This document shows, piece after piece, positions 1 through 11,867 of a DNA stretch of 64,000 bases (position 1 is its first letter; each line of letters begins with the position of its first letter). The notes under the pieces are model-generated. The model did no database searches. It saw nothing but the letters and a program-made list of their open reading frames with translations, and was not told the origin of the DNA. The translations under genes and the position numbers were made by a program. The stretch covers positions 52,886,001-52,950,000 of the forward strand of contig OX597830.1 in assembly GCA_951406725.2 (NCBI GenBank), given 5' to 3'. Source of the stretch: Octopus vulgaris (lineage: Eukaryota).

Positions 1-591
1 TGTCCTGGCATCACTCAGCAAGACTTTTGTTAGCCGCTCTCCAGCCATCTATTTAAAACTGTATACAGCTATGGTACGACCACACTTGGAATTCGCATCA
101 TCAGTTTGGAACCCCTATCTTGCTCAGAACATTGACCTCCCGGAATCTGTCCAGAGACGTGCAACCAAACGCATACCCTCCATCAGACACCTACCATATT
201 CTGAGCGCCTTGTTTCCCTGGGCATGGATTCACTGAAGCTCCGGCGTCTGGCGACGGACTTGGTAAACACCCACAAGGTTATCAACCACCTCACCAACAA
301 CAACACTGAACACCTTTTTGATCTCCATGTGTCTAACACACATAGACATGCCTACAAAGTCAGAAAACAACACAGCTCCCATGACTTTTGGAAACATTTT
401 TTCACGCTCAGAGTTGCTGAAGCATGGAATAAACTGCCTGCGTCAGTTGTTGACTGCCATGACACTGCATCCTTTAAGGCCCTCATGCTTTCCGAAATCC
501 GCCGAAACTACACCTGATTATATATACACTTTAGATGAGTTGTAGTGCACCTGAGCACTGTACACAATTATTATTATTATTATTATTATTA
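1..591 (+). mobile_element. CR1/L2-group LINE 3' fragment (RT C-terminus, 3' UTR, (TTA)n tail)
   Basis: ORF 71-517 VRPHLEFASSVWNPY...ESVQRRATK...YSERL..LGM.SL..RR...FFTLRV...WNKLP is the typical CR1/L2 ORF2 C-terminus; followed by (TTA)n. Confidence 0.9.
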
Positions 592-592
592 T

Positions 593-1171
593 CTGAGAAA
601 AACCAAAAGCATGTTCAGTTGGAGGGGATGCTTGAGTTTGTTCAAAAGTTTCACAGCACTGTTTTTCTTCTTGTCCTTGGTGGCTTGGGATAAAAATTGT
701 CCCTTTCTCATCTTGTATGAGGAATACCGAATGTCTTCATGCACTACCTGCCTGATAAGAAACTCACACTCCCATATCCCTGGATCTGACTGACTTGGAG
801 GGATCATTGTCAATCATGGCCTGGATCTCACCAACAAATTCAGGAGTTATTTTCTTATCGGAACAATCAGAGTGAGTTTTCAGAGCTGCCATGCCTTCAT
901 ACTCACCATTTCTGAATCCTCTGCACAGTCCTCAGATTGACACCCAAACACTCTGAAATGTTCGTATTGGAGCTTCTAGTGTGAATGCCAAGCAGTACAG
1001 CATGCCATTTCCAAATTTCTGGCAGAGTAAATTGCGTCATGGCACTGTTTTCCTCACAGATGGTGCCCAACTGACCCTACTATACTCTGTAGTCAACAAA
1101 ATCAAAAACAAACAATGTGTATGCACACAATAAAAAATATGAAATGGCGACAATTTACCCATCACACCCTG
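593..1171 (-). mobile_element. Tc1/mariner superfamily (maT-like) transposon 5' part, decayed
   Basis: Minus-strand terminus CAGGGTG at 1171; decayed frames ...SECLGVNLRTVQRI and IRQVVHEDIRYSSYKMRKGQFLS...KLLNKLKHP (HTH and linker upstream of the first catalytic D). Confidence 0.7.
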
Positions 1172-1175
1172 TGTG

Positions 1176-1218
<43 letters not shown>

Positions 1219-1394
1219 TTATATATGTATTTATGCATGTATGTGTGTGGTTTGTGAGTGTGTGTGTCTGCATTTTCTTGTCTTGACATCATGTGATAGA
1301 TACTTCAATAAACTCTGTCTAATCCTTCAACCTCTATTGAGAAGAACTTGCTGATGTCAATGTTTTACCAATGAAGTCATATTAAGGCTGTCAC

Positions 1395-1643
1395 AAGTTC
1401 CCAAACCTGAAAAAATCCCCTACTTGGTAACCAATATTGCAGTAATGATGACATCATTTCTGCTGTTAATGACTTTTTAAACCAACAAGGTGAAAGCTTC
1501 TTCACCAGTGGGATCTAAACACTGCAACACTGATGGAAGAAGTGTGTGAACCACAAAGGGGACAATGTTGAAAAATAAACCATATTAGGCTATATTCCAG
1601 GTGAGTACCTTAGTCAGTCTATGAACTTTTCAGCTGGCCCTCA
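1395..1643 (+). mobile_element. mariner transposase C-terminal remnant with 3' TIR
   Basis: SFFTSGI*TLQH*WKKCVNHKGDNVEK* resembles the mariner C-terminus (W.KCV...GDYVEK); TIR-like aacttttcagctggccctca. Confidence 0.7.
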
Positions 1644-1659
1644 TATGACAACAATTGTT

Positions 1660-1940
1660 CCAGGTAATCCTGTCAACGGAAAAGCAGCTTGCAAAATTAA
1701 AGTACACATGGAGGAGAACTCCCCATAGACACACACATTTAACATAACTCTGAGGGAGATTCAGCAATGTCTAGAAAATAACAAGCCTGGCAAATTGAAT
1801 TATGACTCATTTTTGCCAGCTGAGTGGACTGTGGTAATATGAAATAAAGTGTTTTGCTCAAGGATACCACCCACTCCTAGGAATCAAATGCATGATCTTA
1901 TGATTGTGAGTCAAATCCCCTAACCACTAACCCACATACC
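1660..1940 (-). mobile_element. tRNA-derived SINE (C group), old copy
   Basis: Similar to 59285-59597 and 57626-57872; tRNA-like head at the right end. Confidence 0.65.
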
Positions 1941-1988
1941 TTTACATGCATGCACGTACTCACACACACACACATATGTACACATAAT

Positions 1989-2405
1989 AGGCGTAGGAGT
2001 GGCTGTGTGGTAAGTAGCTTGCTTACGAACCACATGGTTCCGTGGTCAGTCCCACTGTGTGGCACCTTGGGCAAGTGTCTTCTACTATAGCCTTGGGCCG
2101 ACCAAAGCCTTATGAGTGGATTTGGTAGACAGTAACTGAAAGAAGCCCGTCGTATATATGTGTGTGTGTGTGTGTATGTGTGTGTGTTTGTGTGTCTGTG
2201 TTTGTCCCCCCAACATCGCTTGACAACCGATGGTGGTGTGTATACATCCCCATAACTTAGCGGTTCGGCAAAAGACGCTGATAGAATAAGTACTAGGCTT
2301 ACAAAGAATAAGTCCTAGGGTCGATTTGTTCAACTAAAGGCAGTGCTCCAGCATGGCCACAGTCAAATGACTGAAACAAGCAAAAGAGTAAAAGAGTAAA
2401 GAGTA
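1989..2405 (+). mobile_element. tRNA-derived SINE family A, full length
   Basis: A-box TGGCTGTGTGG, degenerate B-box, internal (TA/TG)n, AAAAGAGT tail; near-identical copies at 34003, 36712, 40577. Confidence 0.9.
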
Positions 2406-2409
2406 TAAA

Positions 2410-2670
2410 ACATACATACAAACATACACACATATACATACATGCATACATACTTACATACATACATGTAGACAGACAGTCATGCATATATACTTATAAG
2501 CATACAGACAGACATGCAGACCTACATACTCATACATATATGTATGCACACACATACATAGATACACACATATACATACAAACATACACACATGCAGATG
2601 TACATGTACATACATATATATACATACATACAAAAGCAAGTACACATACACACATACATACATACATACA

Positions 2671-2702
<32 letters not shown>

Positions 2703-2800
2703 CATACATACATATACATACATACATAAGCAAGTACATATACACACATACATACACACATACATACACACATACATGCACACATACACGCATACATACA

Positions 2801-2834
<34 letters not shown>

Positions 2835-3030
2835 CATACATACATATACATACATAAGCAAGTACATATACACACATACATACATACATACATACACACA
2901 TACATACATACATACATACATACATACATACAGAAGCAAGTACACACACACGCATACATACACAAGCAAATACACATACACACACATAAATACATACATA
3001 AATGCATATATGCATACATACATCTCACAC
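2410..3030. repeat. (CATA)n/(CA)n compound microsatellite
   Basis: Direct inspection. Confidence 0.95.
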
Positions 3031-3038
3031 ATACTCAC

Positions 3039-3216
3039 AGCGTCTGATTCTAAGCAAACAAATGCCAGGCGTGCTAAGCGTGCCTGATCACGCGTTTCAG
3101 AGTCAATGACATTATCAATATCCAAGATAAGATTACAGTAAAAATCATAGAAAGAGGCATCGGAAGGAAAGTTGTTTTGAACCAACAAGTTTCGACACTT
3201 AACAGGCTTTATCATT
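3039..3216 (-). CDS. Candidate internal coding exon of an unidentified host gene
   Basis: Non-repetitive 59-codon open frame (MIKPVKCRN...ARLAFVCLESDA) between a pyrimidine-rich ...cttttgaag acceptor and a GTGAGT donor; product not recognised. Confidence 0.35.
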
Positions 3217-3311
3217 CTTCAAAAGAAGATTGCAATTGATAAGATATTTGTTCGTTAAACAACAACAACAACAGTAACAACAAAATGATATGATCTTGTT
3301 GCTAAGTTTAA

Positions 3312-3531
3312 CCCTTTCGATACCAACCCGGCTGAAACCGGCTCTGGCACTGAGTACAAATGTTTTGTTTTCATAAGTTTTGAATTAAAATCTTCCACCA
3401 AACCTTAGTCACAATTTATGTTCCTAACATTAGCTGAATGGTAACTAAGTTATTTTATTAAATTCTTTGTTATATTTAAAGTAATTGAAAGAAACACAGA
3501 ACATCTCAAAATAAATACAGTAACGAAAGGG
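3312..3531 (+). mobile_element. piggyBac-type MITE (TTAA TSD)
   Basis: TTAA|ccctttcgatac ... gtaacgaaaggg|TTAA; copies at 25087 and 55911. Confidence 0.9.
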
Positions 3532-3599
3532 TTAAACAAGTGAACAAAATAAAAGTGAAATATTTCATGAATAATTTGATTATGGAGAATTACAGTTAA

Positions 3600-4175
3600 A
3601 AAATTAAATAAAACAATTCTTATTGTCCCGAATTATCAGATCAGTTCATGTGGTACCCACTTGTCCAGCTTCTTTACTTTGCCGATTTGTTTCAGATGAT
3701 CCAATAAATTTGGAATTGTAACATCAAACCTTGTTACTAACTTACACATAGTTTGAGATGTATCTGCTTCTATTACAGTTTCCAGCACATCATTATCCAC
3801 CTTGGTCTCAGGTCTACCACAGGGCTGATTTTCAAGAGTAAAGTCACCAGACAGGAACTTCTCAAACCATCAACATACAGTGCATTCATTACATCTTCAC
3901 CAAACACCTCATTGATGTTTTGAGCTGTCTGGGATGCATTGGTTCCACAACAGAACTCATATTCATAAACAACATGAATTTTTTATCCCTCCATGGGTTC
4001 ATAAAAATTGATTTACAAGAGAAAACTCACAACAGGATCAGACACCATTTCAAAAAGTGATGATGTAACTCTTCAATGTAGTAAAACAAAGAATTGTCTG
4101 GATAAAACATTAGAGTTAATGTCTGTCAAACTTGGTGCACAAGAAAATCAGACATTTCATTCTTAATGACCTGAT
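3600..4175 (-). mobile_element. mariner (DD34D-type) transposase N-terminal remnant
   Basis: Minus-strand HLKQIGKVKKLDKWVPHEL motif and upstream YEF..GTNASQTAQNINEVFGED. Confidence 0.85.
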
Positions 4176-4231
4176 ATTCTGCATGATATATTTTGGTTAC
4201 TAAAAGAAACACTTTTATCATTATTATTATA

Positions 4232-4276
<45 letters not shown>

Positions 4277-4287
4277 TTTTTTTTCCT

Positions 4288-4593
4288 CTTTCAAATTTGC
4301 TTCCATTTCTTGCCGAGTGTCTTCCCGACTCCTAGGGCAAAGAAACTCATAGTATACATTGGTAGGCTATTAAACTAGACTCAATAGTTCGTTCATTTTT
4401 AAAATTTTTTTAAAAGTTAAATTAAAATACATGGGTAGTAATAATTCTCACATCGGCAATGCTCTTCTCAATACGTGTGATGTACCAGTTAAGACAATCT
4501 TTTGCACTTCTTGCAGGGATGGTAAGCCAGGGATCATTCTCATATAATTTTCGGTTCCCTTCTTGATCATTCCTAGTGCTCCTACGATCACTG
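4288..4593 (-). mobile_element. R4/Dong-type RLE LINE 3' fragment in (TAA)n
   Basis: PVIVGALGMIKK...QKIVLTGTSHVLRRAL C-terminus; (TTA)n on both sides. Confidence 0.8.
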
Positions 4594-4594
4594 G

Positions 4595-4650
<56 letters not shown>

Positions 4651-4651
4651 T

Positions 4652-4865
4652 AAGGTGGCAAGCTGGCAGAATTTTTAGCACCCCAGGTGAAATACTTAGT
4701 AGCATTTCATCTGTCTTTGTGTTCTAACTTCAGATTCCACTGAGGTCAACTTTACCTTTCATCCTTTCAGGATCGATAAAATAAGTACCAGTTGAGAACT
4801 GGAACTGATGTAATTGACTTAACCCTTCCCCAAAATTACTGACCCTGTGCCAACATTTGAAACCA
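4652..4865 (+). mobile_element. SINE family B, diverged
   Basis: aaggtggcaagctggcagaa...tttcatccttt...aataagtaccag shared with 6768. Confidence 0.8.
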
Positions 4866-4992
4866 TTGGTATTGCTGTTGTTATTATTATTATTATTATA
4901 ATTATGATCATTGTTGTTGTTGCTGTTGTTATTGTTGTTGTTGTTGTCATCATTATTATTATTATTATAATTATTAATATTATTATTATCAT

Positions 4993-5250
4993 TGGGTTTG
5001 CACAGCTTCTAACGTTGGAGATGTACTATGGTGTCAGCTGTTCAATACCAGTGAACTAAGGTAACACCTCTTATTTTTCGAGCACCTTCCAGAGTATTCG
5101 AGCAGTTCCACACAGTGCTGTTTTCTGCAAGTGCTCCACCATTATTACAGCCCCTATATGTTCCATGTACTTCTCAAGATTTTTATTCACTGTTCCCAGG
5201 GCTCTGACAATTATTGGTACTACTACCACCTTTTACATCGACCACAAATG
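4993..5250 (-). mobile_element. Second R4/Dong-type LINE 3' fragment (different subfamily)
   Basis: Minus-strand VVVPIIVRALGTV...HLQKTALCGTARILWKVLEK*; flanked by TTA/TGA repeats. Confidence 0.75.
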
Positions 5251-5371
5251 GAGAACAGATTTTAAATGTTGATGATGATTATTATTATTATTATGATGAT
5301 GATGATGATGATGACAACAATGACGATGACGATGATGATGATGAACACATCTATGTATGTATGTGTCTATG

Positions 5372-5548
5372 TTGCTAAAATATTAATTTCTCATAACAAC
5401 ACCGAAATGTAATTCTTATTACAAAATCTTGTGATTAGGAAACTGAGGCAAAAACATGTGATAAACATCCTATGTGAAATAGTTTGGATGTCTGTGATGG
5501 AAAACAGGGAAAACCCACAAGACAATAGTTATTTATATAAATAGTTAT
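5372..5548 (+). repeat. Unclassified dispersed repeat; inverted copy at 9387-9563
   Basis: Reverse-complement similarity over ~175 bp (gaggcaaaaacatgtgataaacatcc ... gttatttatataaatagttat). Confidence 0.75.
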
Positions 5549-5695
5549 CAGTCTTTACGTAAGTACCTAGGGTAAAAAATAATGTTGCACACACACGCAT
5601 GAGACATGCCTAAGCAGAACGTAAGTGTAGGTGCATACACATACACACACATATATGTATATATATGTATATGTATGTGTGTGTGAGTATATTCC

Positions 5696-5761
<66 letters not shown>

Positions 5762-5764
<3 letters not shown>

Positions 5765-6148
5765 TGGAAGCACTCCGTCGGTTACGATGATGAGGGTTCC
5801 AGTTGATCCGAATCAACGGAACAGCCTGCTCATGAAATTAACGTGTAAGTGGCTGAGCACTCCACAGACACGTGCACCCTTAACGTAGTTCTCGGGGATA
5901 TTCAGCGTGACACAGAGAGTGACAAGGCCGGCCCCTTGAAATACAGGTATAACAGAAACAGGAAGTAAGAGTGAGAGAAAGTTGTGGTGAAAGAGTACAG
6001 CAGGGATCACCACCATCCCCTGCCGGAGCCTCGTGGAGCTTTAGGTGTTTTCGCTCAATAAACACTCACAACGCCTGGTCTGGGAATCGAAACCGCGATC
6101 CTATGACCGCGAGTCCGCTGCCCTAACCACTGGGCCATTGCGCCTCCA
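5762..6148 (-). mobile_element. tRNA-derived SINE family C, young copy in (TA)n
   Basis: Minus-strand head GGAGGCGCAATGGCCCAGTGGTTAG ... GGTTTCGATTCCC (A and B boxes). Confidence 0.9.
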
Positions 6149-6168
6149 TATATATATATATATATATA

Positions 6169-6560
6169 CAAAATAAGAAAATGGAGAAATACATCGAAAT
6201 CAAATATCAATTACCAGATAATACTCAATCACATACTTTATTAAACCACCACATAAGAAACTATAAGGTTAAACATAATAATGCAGGGTAAAACAGTGTA
6301 CATGAAGGAGTGTACATAAAATAGTAATGTTATACAATAAGTAGAATACATATAATAGAAAATAAATATAAGTACACATAAATATAAATATAAACTATAT
6401 CTTACAGCTGTTTCGGCCATGTAGATAAGCATGTCTCATTTAACTTATATTAGCCATTTATGGTAGGTCAATATGTAGTTATAAATGAGACATTTACAGA
6501 AACATCCTAAGGCCTCTTCGGAGATTACAAATTAGATTACATACATACTTATATAGGTGT
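6169..6560 (-). mobile_element. Penelope-like pseudo-LTR fragment; same family as 38670-39045
   Basis: Reverse-complement homologue of 38670-39045; carries a hammerhead motif; abuts (TA)n. Confidence 0.75.
6399..6525 (-). ncRNA. Type I hammerhead ribozyme motif (CCGAAGA core variant, long stem II)
   Basis: atct-CCGAAGA-ggcc..(atgtctcattta/taaatgagacat)..ggcc-GAAA-C-AGCT-GUA-agat. Confidence 0.75.
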
Positions 6561-6691
6561 GGGTACATACCCATAATAAAACATATACATATACATATGA
6601 GTGCATATACTCATACTCCTATACATATAAATATACATATACAGTATATGTTATCCCATGGAGGGTTGCATTTACAAACCCTATCTCAATT

Positions 6692-6729
<38 letters not shown>

Positions 6730-6767
6730 TATATATAGATTCAGATGAGTATGGTACTTAAGTTGAG

Positions 6768-6989
6768 TTTAAGGCGTCGAACTGGCAGAAACATTAGCAC
6801 GCCGGGCGAAATGCTTAGCAGTATTTCGTCTGCCGTCACGTTCTGAGTTCAAATTCCGCCGAGGTCGACTTTGCTTTTCATCCTTTCGGGGTCGATTAAA
6901 TAAGTACCAGTTACGCACTAGGGTCGATATAATCGACTTAATCTGTTTGTCCTCTCTGTGTTTAGCCCCTTGTGGGTAGTAAAGAAATA
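6768..6989 (+). mobile_element. SINE family B with 15-bp TSD
   Basis: TSD ggtacttaagttgag at 6753-6767 and 6990-7004. Confidence 0.9.
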
Positions 6990-7079
6990 GGTACTTAAGT
7001 TGAGGCACCAGAATTTAGAATGGTATTATCCATACAATTTCAAAATAAGGTGATTAAACTCACAATAAGCCCTTATTTA

Positions 7080-7315
7080 CACCATAAATTTAAAGGTAAA
7101 AATTTCATCTGGTTTAATACCCCATACAGTTGTACATTATCCACAAACATATACAGAAAATTTATGGCTATTTTAGAAAAAAACTTCCCTACTTCCCATA
7201 GATATAATAGCATCTTTTCATGTAAGACAGTTCGAATCTCATACTCTACTCTTCCCAATATGGATACCATTATAGCTAGATTAAATAAGAAGAATATAAA
7301 ATTAGCCAGTATTGT
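7080..7315 (+). mobile_element. Penelope-like element ORF fragment (region between RT and GIY-YIG, Neptune-like)
   Basis: IWFNTPYS...TNIYRKFMAILEKNFP.SH.Y.SIF...TVRISYS..PNM matches the PLE motif IWFNPP(Y/F)S...HFP...IFN..TVKISYS..PNM. Confidence 0.8.
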
Positions 7316-7316
7316 C

Positions 7317-7356
<40 letters not shown>

Positions 7357-7759
7357 GTCAAGACGATTCGATTGTAAGATATTTTATTTGTTGAACGATA
7401 TTTCAACAGTACGTCTGTCTTTGTCAAGTTCAAAATGAGAAGTAATAAAAATTCAAAATTACAGAAATTTAAGCATAAAGTATGAACGAGAGCAAACAGC
7501 ATCTACACGCTGATGGAATGTCATCTTCAGTTTTTAAGTTACAATTTTATAACAGGCGAAAAGATAAAGACAGAAAAAAACAGAAAAAAGATGACAGAAA
7601 AAAAGGAAAGAAAAAGAGAGAAAGAAGAATATTTAATCAAACAGTTTTGTATAAATTTGATGATATTCGCCTGTCATTCATTCCTAGAGGGCGTGACGTT
7701 AATAACCTGCAAACATATTTCTCCTCATATATTCTGAGAACTGAAAGTGAAGCAGATTC

Positions 7760-7942
7760 AGAATATAGAAAATTCAGAACGCTGGAGATTATTGATGAAC
7801 TGATGTTTGACATCATTGGCCATTTCATTGAGGCATCGAGAAATTGTGTTATTACTTAGTGGGATCTTCTTCATAATATTATCAGGTTTTTCATACATAA
7901 CAGTTGACAAAACCTCTTTGATAACCGGGTGAAGTATTGATG
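7760..7942 (-). mobile_element. hAT (Buster/Charlie, ZBED5/SCAND3-like) transposase fragment
   Basis: Minus-strand ILHPVIKEVLSTVM...KKIPLSNNTISRCLNEMANDVKHQ contains the PLSNNT.SR...EMA.D signature. Confidence 0.8.
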
Positions 7943-8421
7943 AGCAATATCACTCACTTTGGGAAGCAATGAACTACAGCATTAGAGGTTTTTAGCTCTT
8001 ATTTCTAGCAATGTAGGTGTTCCAACACCCTAGTCATATTTAGGGACAATTATAGTTTTCCTTTTTGGTAAAACATTGCATACAGCTGTTCATATTAAAT
8101 TATTGTACACACATTAGCGATTTGCTGAATCTGGCAGAGAAGCAAGTCCAGAAAGTGGTCCTGAGTGATGAGGCTATGGAATTAGCTGAAACTGGCTGAT
8201 CAGTATAGGGAATTCTTGATCAGTGCTTTTGGGTGATTACGGTCTCTGTCAGTGCATATATATATATATATACAATTATGTGCGTTAACTACAGCATTAG
8301 AGCGCTTTAGCTCTTATTTCTAATAATGTGTTTTAACACCTTACTGATATTTAGTGACAATTATTCTTCTTAGTAAAACGTTGCTCATTAATAACATATT
8401 AAATTGTTATATATATATATA

Positions 8422-8797
8422 CTAATACTATGACCCGGCGTTGCCGGGTCATAGTGCTAGTGCATGCATATACAGCTGCATGCGTGCGCACATACACACG
8501 AGTACTGTCAAATCTCAGACCAATCACATACACCTAGCTGGCATTCAATTGGCGTATCAAGTTTCGGCATTTTGATTGGGTTTTGGATAGAAAATTCACA
8601 AAAAAGTCACTTCTATTGATTTTTTAATGGCTTTGCAGGGTGACTGGGGAACTGTAAAGATGTGCACGATCACCCTTGGATGGTTTTGAATGACCATAGA
8701 AAGTGCGAGCCCTCTAACTGAAAAATTGTGGATTTGTATAAAGGACACACACACAGACAGACAGACAGACAGACATTTTGCTGTTTATATATATAGA
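8422..8797 (-). mobile_element. Non-autonomous Helitron-like element
   Basis: Minus strand starts A|TCTATATATA; terminal GC-rich hairpin actatgacccggc-gtt-gccgggtcatagt (8427-8455) just before the end. Confidence 0.7.
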
Positions 8798-8845
8798 TGT
8801 GTGTGTGTGTGTGTGTGTATGTGTGTGTGTATGTGTATGTGTGTG

Positions 8846-9010
8846 TAGTTCAAATTTACAGAAAACAAAAGACGAAGACCGATGAGGGAATGACAAACAG
8901 GTGAATTAATTTGGCACTCAGGAAGAATGGAAAAGTCTTTGATGTTTAGAGCCTACACTCTTTGACAAAAAGGATTGAGAGGGAAAAAATGGTGAGAGAA
9001 ATGCAAATTA
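8846..9010 (-). mobile_element. Decayed Penelope-like pLTR fragment with degenerate hammerhead remnant (8937-8972)
   Basis: Minus strand cttt-TTGTCAA-a-gagt-gtag-gctc-TAAA-CA-TC-aaag keeps the stem I and stem II geometry but the core is mutated. Confidence 0.4.
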
Positions 9011-9208
9011 TTGATCCTCGCCCCTTCCAAGCAAAGTAATATTTCCCCAAGGCTAGACATGTTTTCACAGAATTTGGGAATTGAAGTGGTGACACTTACA
9101 ACTATTGCGCAATGGAAAAACAAAGAGGCACAAACGTACACAAACACATATGCATACATATTCATATATGTGTGTGTGTGTATGTATGTATATATATGTA
9201 TATGTATG

Positions 9209-9322
<114 letters not shown>

Positions 9323-9356
9323 GTATGTATGTATGTATATATACATATATACATGC

Positions 9357-9390
<34 letters not shown>

Positions 9391-9989
9391 CTATTTATAT
9401 AAATAACTTTGTCTGGTGGGTTTCCCCTGTTTTCCATAACAAACATCTAAACTATTCCACAACGGATGTTTATCACATGTTTTTGCCTCTACTTTCTGAT
9501 CACATGATTTTGTTCTAAGAATTATATTTACGTTGTTGTCATAAACAATTTATATTTTAGCAAAACTCTCTCTCTCTCTCTCACAAACACACACATGCAC
9601 ACACACACACGTCTGTTGGTTTGTCTGGAATATACAAAGGATATGCATTTTTTTAGAATGACAACAATTGTGAAAGAAATAAAAAGTTTATTGTATTGTT
9701 TGCTCTCCTTTCTCCAACTCTCCCCCTCCCCTCCCCTCTTCTCCTCATTCTTGTCTCGTCATCATCAAAATCAGTGGTGGTGACAGCACCATCATTATCA
9801 TTACCGTTATTGGCCAGGACTACCATCATCACCAAATATCATCATCATCATCAACTTCTCCATCTGCAACCACCACCATCCCCACTATCATAACCATCAG
9901 TACCATCATTAACATTGTCTCCATCACCAGACTTTGTGTCAGGAAATCTCTACTTAAATCAGCAAAACATATTTAATACCAAACAGTTA

Positions 9990-11445
9990 ATCAAATGAGA
10001 CTGCGCCCGAATAAGTTGAGTCAGCTGCTGATGGTGATGCAGCATCTGTTGTGGCTGCAGAGGCCCACATGGGAGCAGCAGTCTTGCATACAGCTATTGC
10101 AAAAGGCGGTGAGCTGGCAGAAACGTTAGCATGCTGGGCGAAATGCTTAGCGGTATTTCGTAGCCGTATTTCGTCTGTCGTTATGTTGTAAGTTCAAATT
10201 CCGCCGAGGTCGACTTTGCCTTACATCCTTTCGGGGTCGATTAAATAAGTACCAGTCACGCACTGGGGTCGATGTAATCGACTTAATACCTATGTCTGTC
10301 CTTGTTTGTCCCCTCTATGTTTAGCTCCTTGTGGGTAATAAAGAAATAGGTATTTTGTCTGTTGTTACGTTCTGAGTTCAAATTCCGCCGAGGTCGACTT
10401 CGCCTTTCGTCCTTTTGGGGTTGATAAATAAAGTTCCAGTTTCACACTGGGGTTGATGTAATCGACTTAATCTCTTTGTCTGTCCTTGTTTAGCCCCTTG
10501 TGGGTAGTAAAGAAATATATTGCATTTGAAGGAGTTCTTTGCAGGTGCTACTGGTTCTTCCTTCTGTCAAGTGCACCTTTCTTTGGTGGTGAGACCCTGT
10601 TTTTCATCCACTCACTTCATCCCTTTTCGCAGTATTTGTCTCCAGTGTGGGGGATCATTTGCAGCCTCCTCCCATCTCAGGACGTCCAGATCAAACAACT
10701 TCATATCCCTCTTACAGATGTCCTTGAAACAAAGATGAGGTCATCTTCGTGCTGGTGGCCAATTCCCCCTACAGGAGGTCCTTTGGGATCCTTCTCTCCA
10801 GCATGTGGTGTACATGAACAAGCCAGTGCAAACAAAACTGCTGGAGTAGGGTGAACCTGCTGGGTATCTTGGCTCAGTTGAGGACTTCGGTGTTGGTGAT
10901 GTGGTCAGTCCACTTGAAATCCAAAATGCATCTCAAACTATGAAGGTGAAAGATGTTGAGAATCTGCTCCTGTCTGCAGCAGAGACTCCACGTCTCACTG
11001 CTGTAAAGTAGCATACTAAGGACAGGGGCCTCATAGACAGTAATCTTAGTGCTTACAGCCAGTTTTTTTTTGTTTTCCCAGACTCTCTTTGTGAGCCTGG
11101 CAAGTGTGGAGGATGCTTGTCTGAATTGCCTGTTGATCTCAGGGTCCAGGGAGAGGTCATCAGTGATGGTAGAGCCAAGATAAGTGAATTTATGGACCAC
11201 CTCCAGCTTGTAGTTGTTGATGGTGGTGAGGTGCTTGACACTTTGGCCCTATATTTGGGTCTTCTTCAAACTGACAGGCTTTTGAAAGTTTGTCCATGAG
11301 GTGCTGCATTTGCTCTTCAGAGTCTGCTGTCAGGGCTGCGTTGTCTACAAACAGCATTTCTCTGATGAGTACCTGACACACCCTGATTTTGCTTTCAGCT
11401 TTGACAGATTAAACAGTTTACTGTCTGATCTGGTGTAGAGGTAAT
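9990..11445 (-). mobile_element. RTE (BovB-like) LINE 3' part, decayed, interrupted by a SINE
   Basis: REMLFVDNAAL, FTYLGSTI, LLYSSETW, C-terminal CNSC...GLCSH. Confidence 0.9.
10102..10517 (+). mobile_element. SINE family B with tandemly duplicated 3' module, nested in RTE
   Basis: Two body+tail modules; TATTGCA flanks both sides. Confidence 0.9.
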
Positions 11446-11867
11446 AAACACTTTCCTCTTTGGCCAAGGCCTCATCAACTTTTTCAAGTTCCACTTGAAA
11501 AGGAAGATGAGAGTAGAGAGGGAAGTGCTGTGTTGTAGCAAATTTATTGAAAGGTGGGTGAATGTCGGGAAAATGGCCAGTATGAATGGACCAATTCTGA
11601 GATTACACCTGTAAAAAAAAAAAAGGTAATATAAAAGGAGGAAAGGGCTCTCTACCCCTTTTTGACCAGGCTCTCGTGGCTTTTATGGGTTTTTCCACGA
11701 GTAACCTTTCGAAGCGCCTCCCCCTATTGGGAGTTTTATTTGTTATATTTTTCGTTGTTATTTTGAAAGTTTACTCGGACCTTTCTCTTTGGACAAAACC
11801 CTTTGTAATTTTCATCCTGTCTTTGTCCTTACATGCTTTTTTAATTTATGTTAGCCCTTGTGGCCAA

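Noticed and set aside
2454-3030. Long ORFs rich in YI/CV/HT (also 8953-9446, 15279-15768, 22790-23860, 37087-37552, 60757-61757)
   Set aside because: Translations of stop-free (TA)n, (TG)n and (CATA)n microsatellites, not genes
7482-7859. 125-aa plus-strand ORF that looks protein-like
   Set aside because: Overlaps, antisense, a recognisable hAT transposase fragment and includes a low-complexity K/R tract
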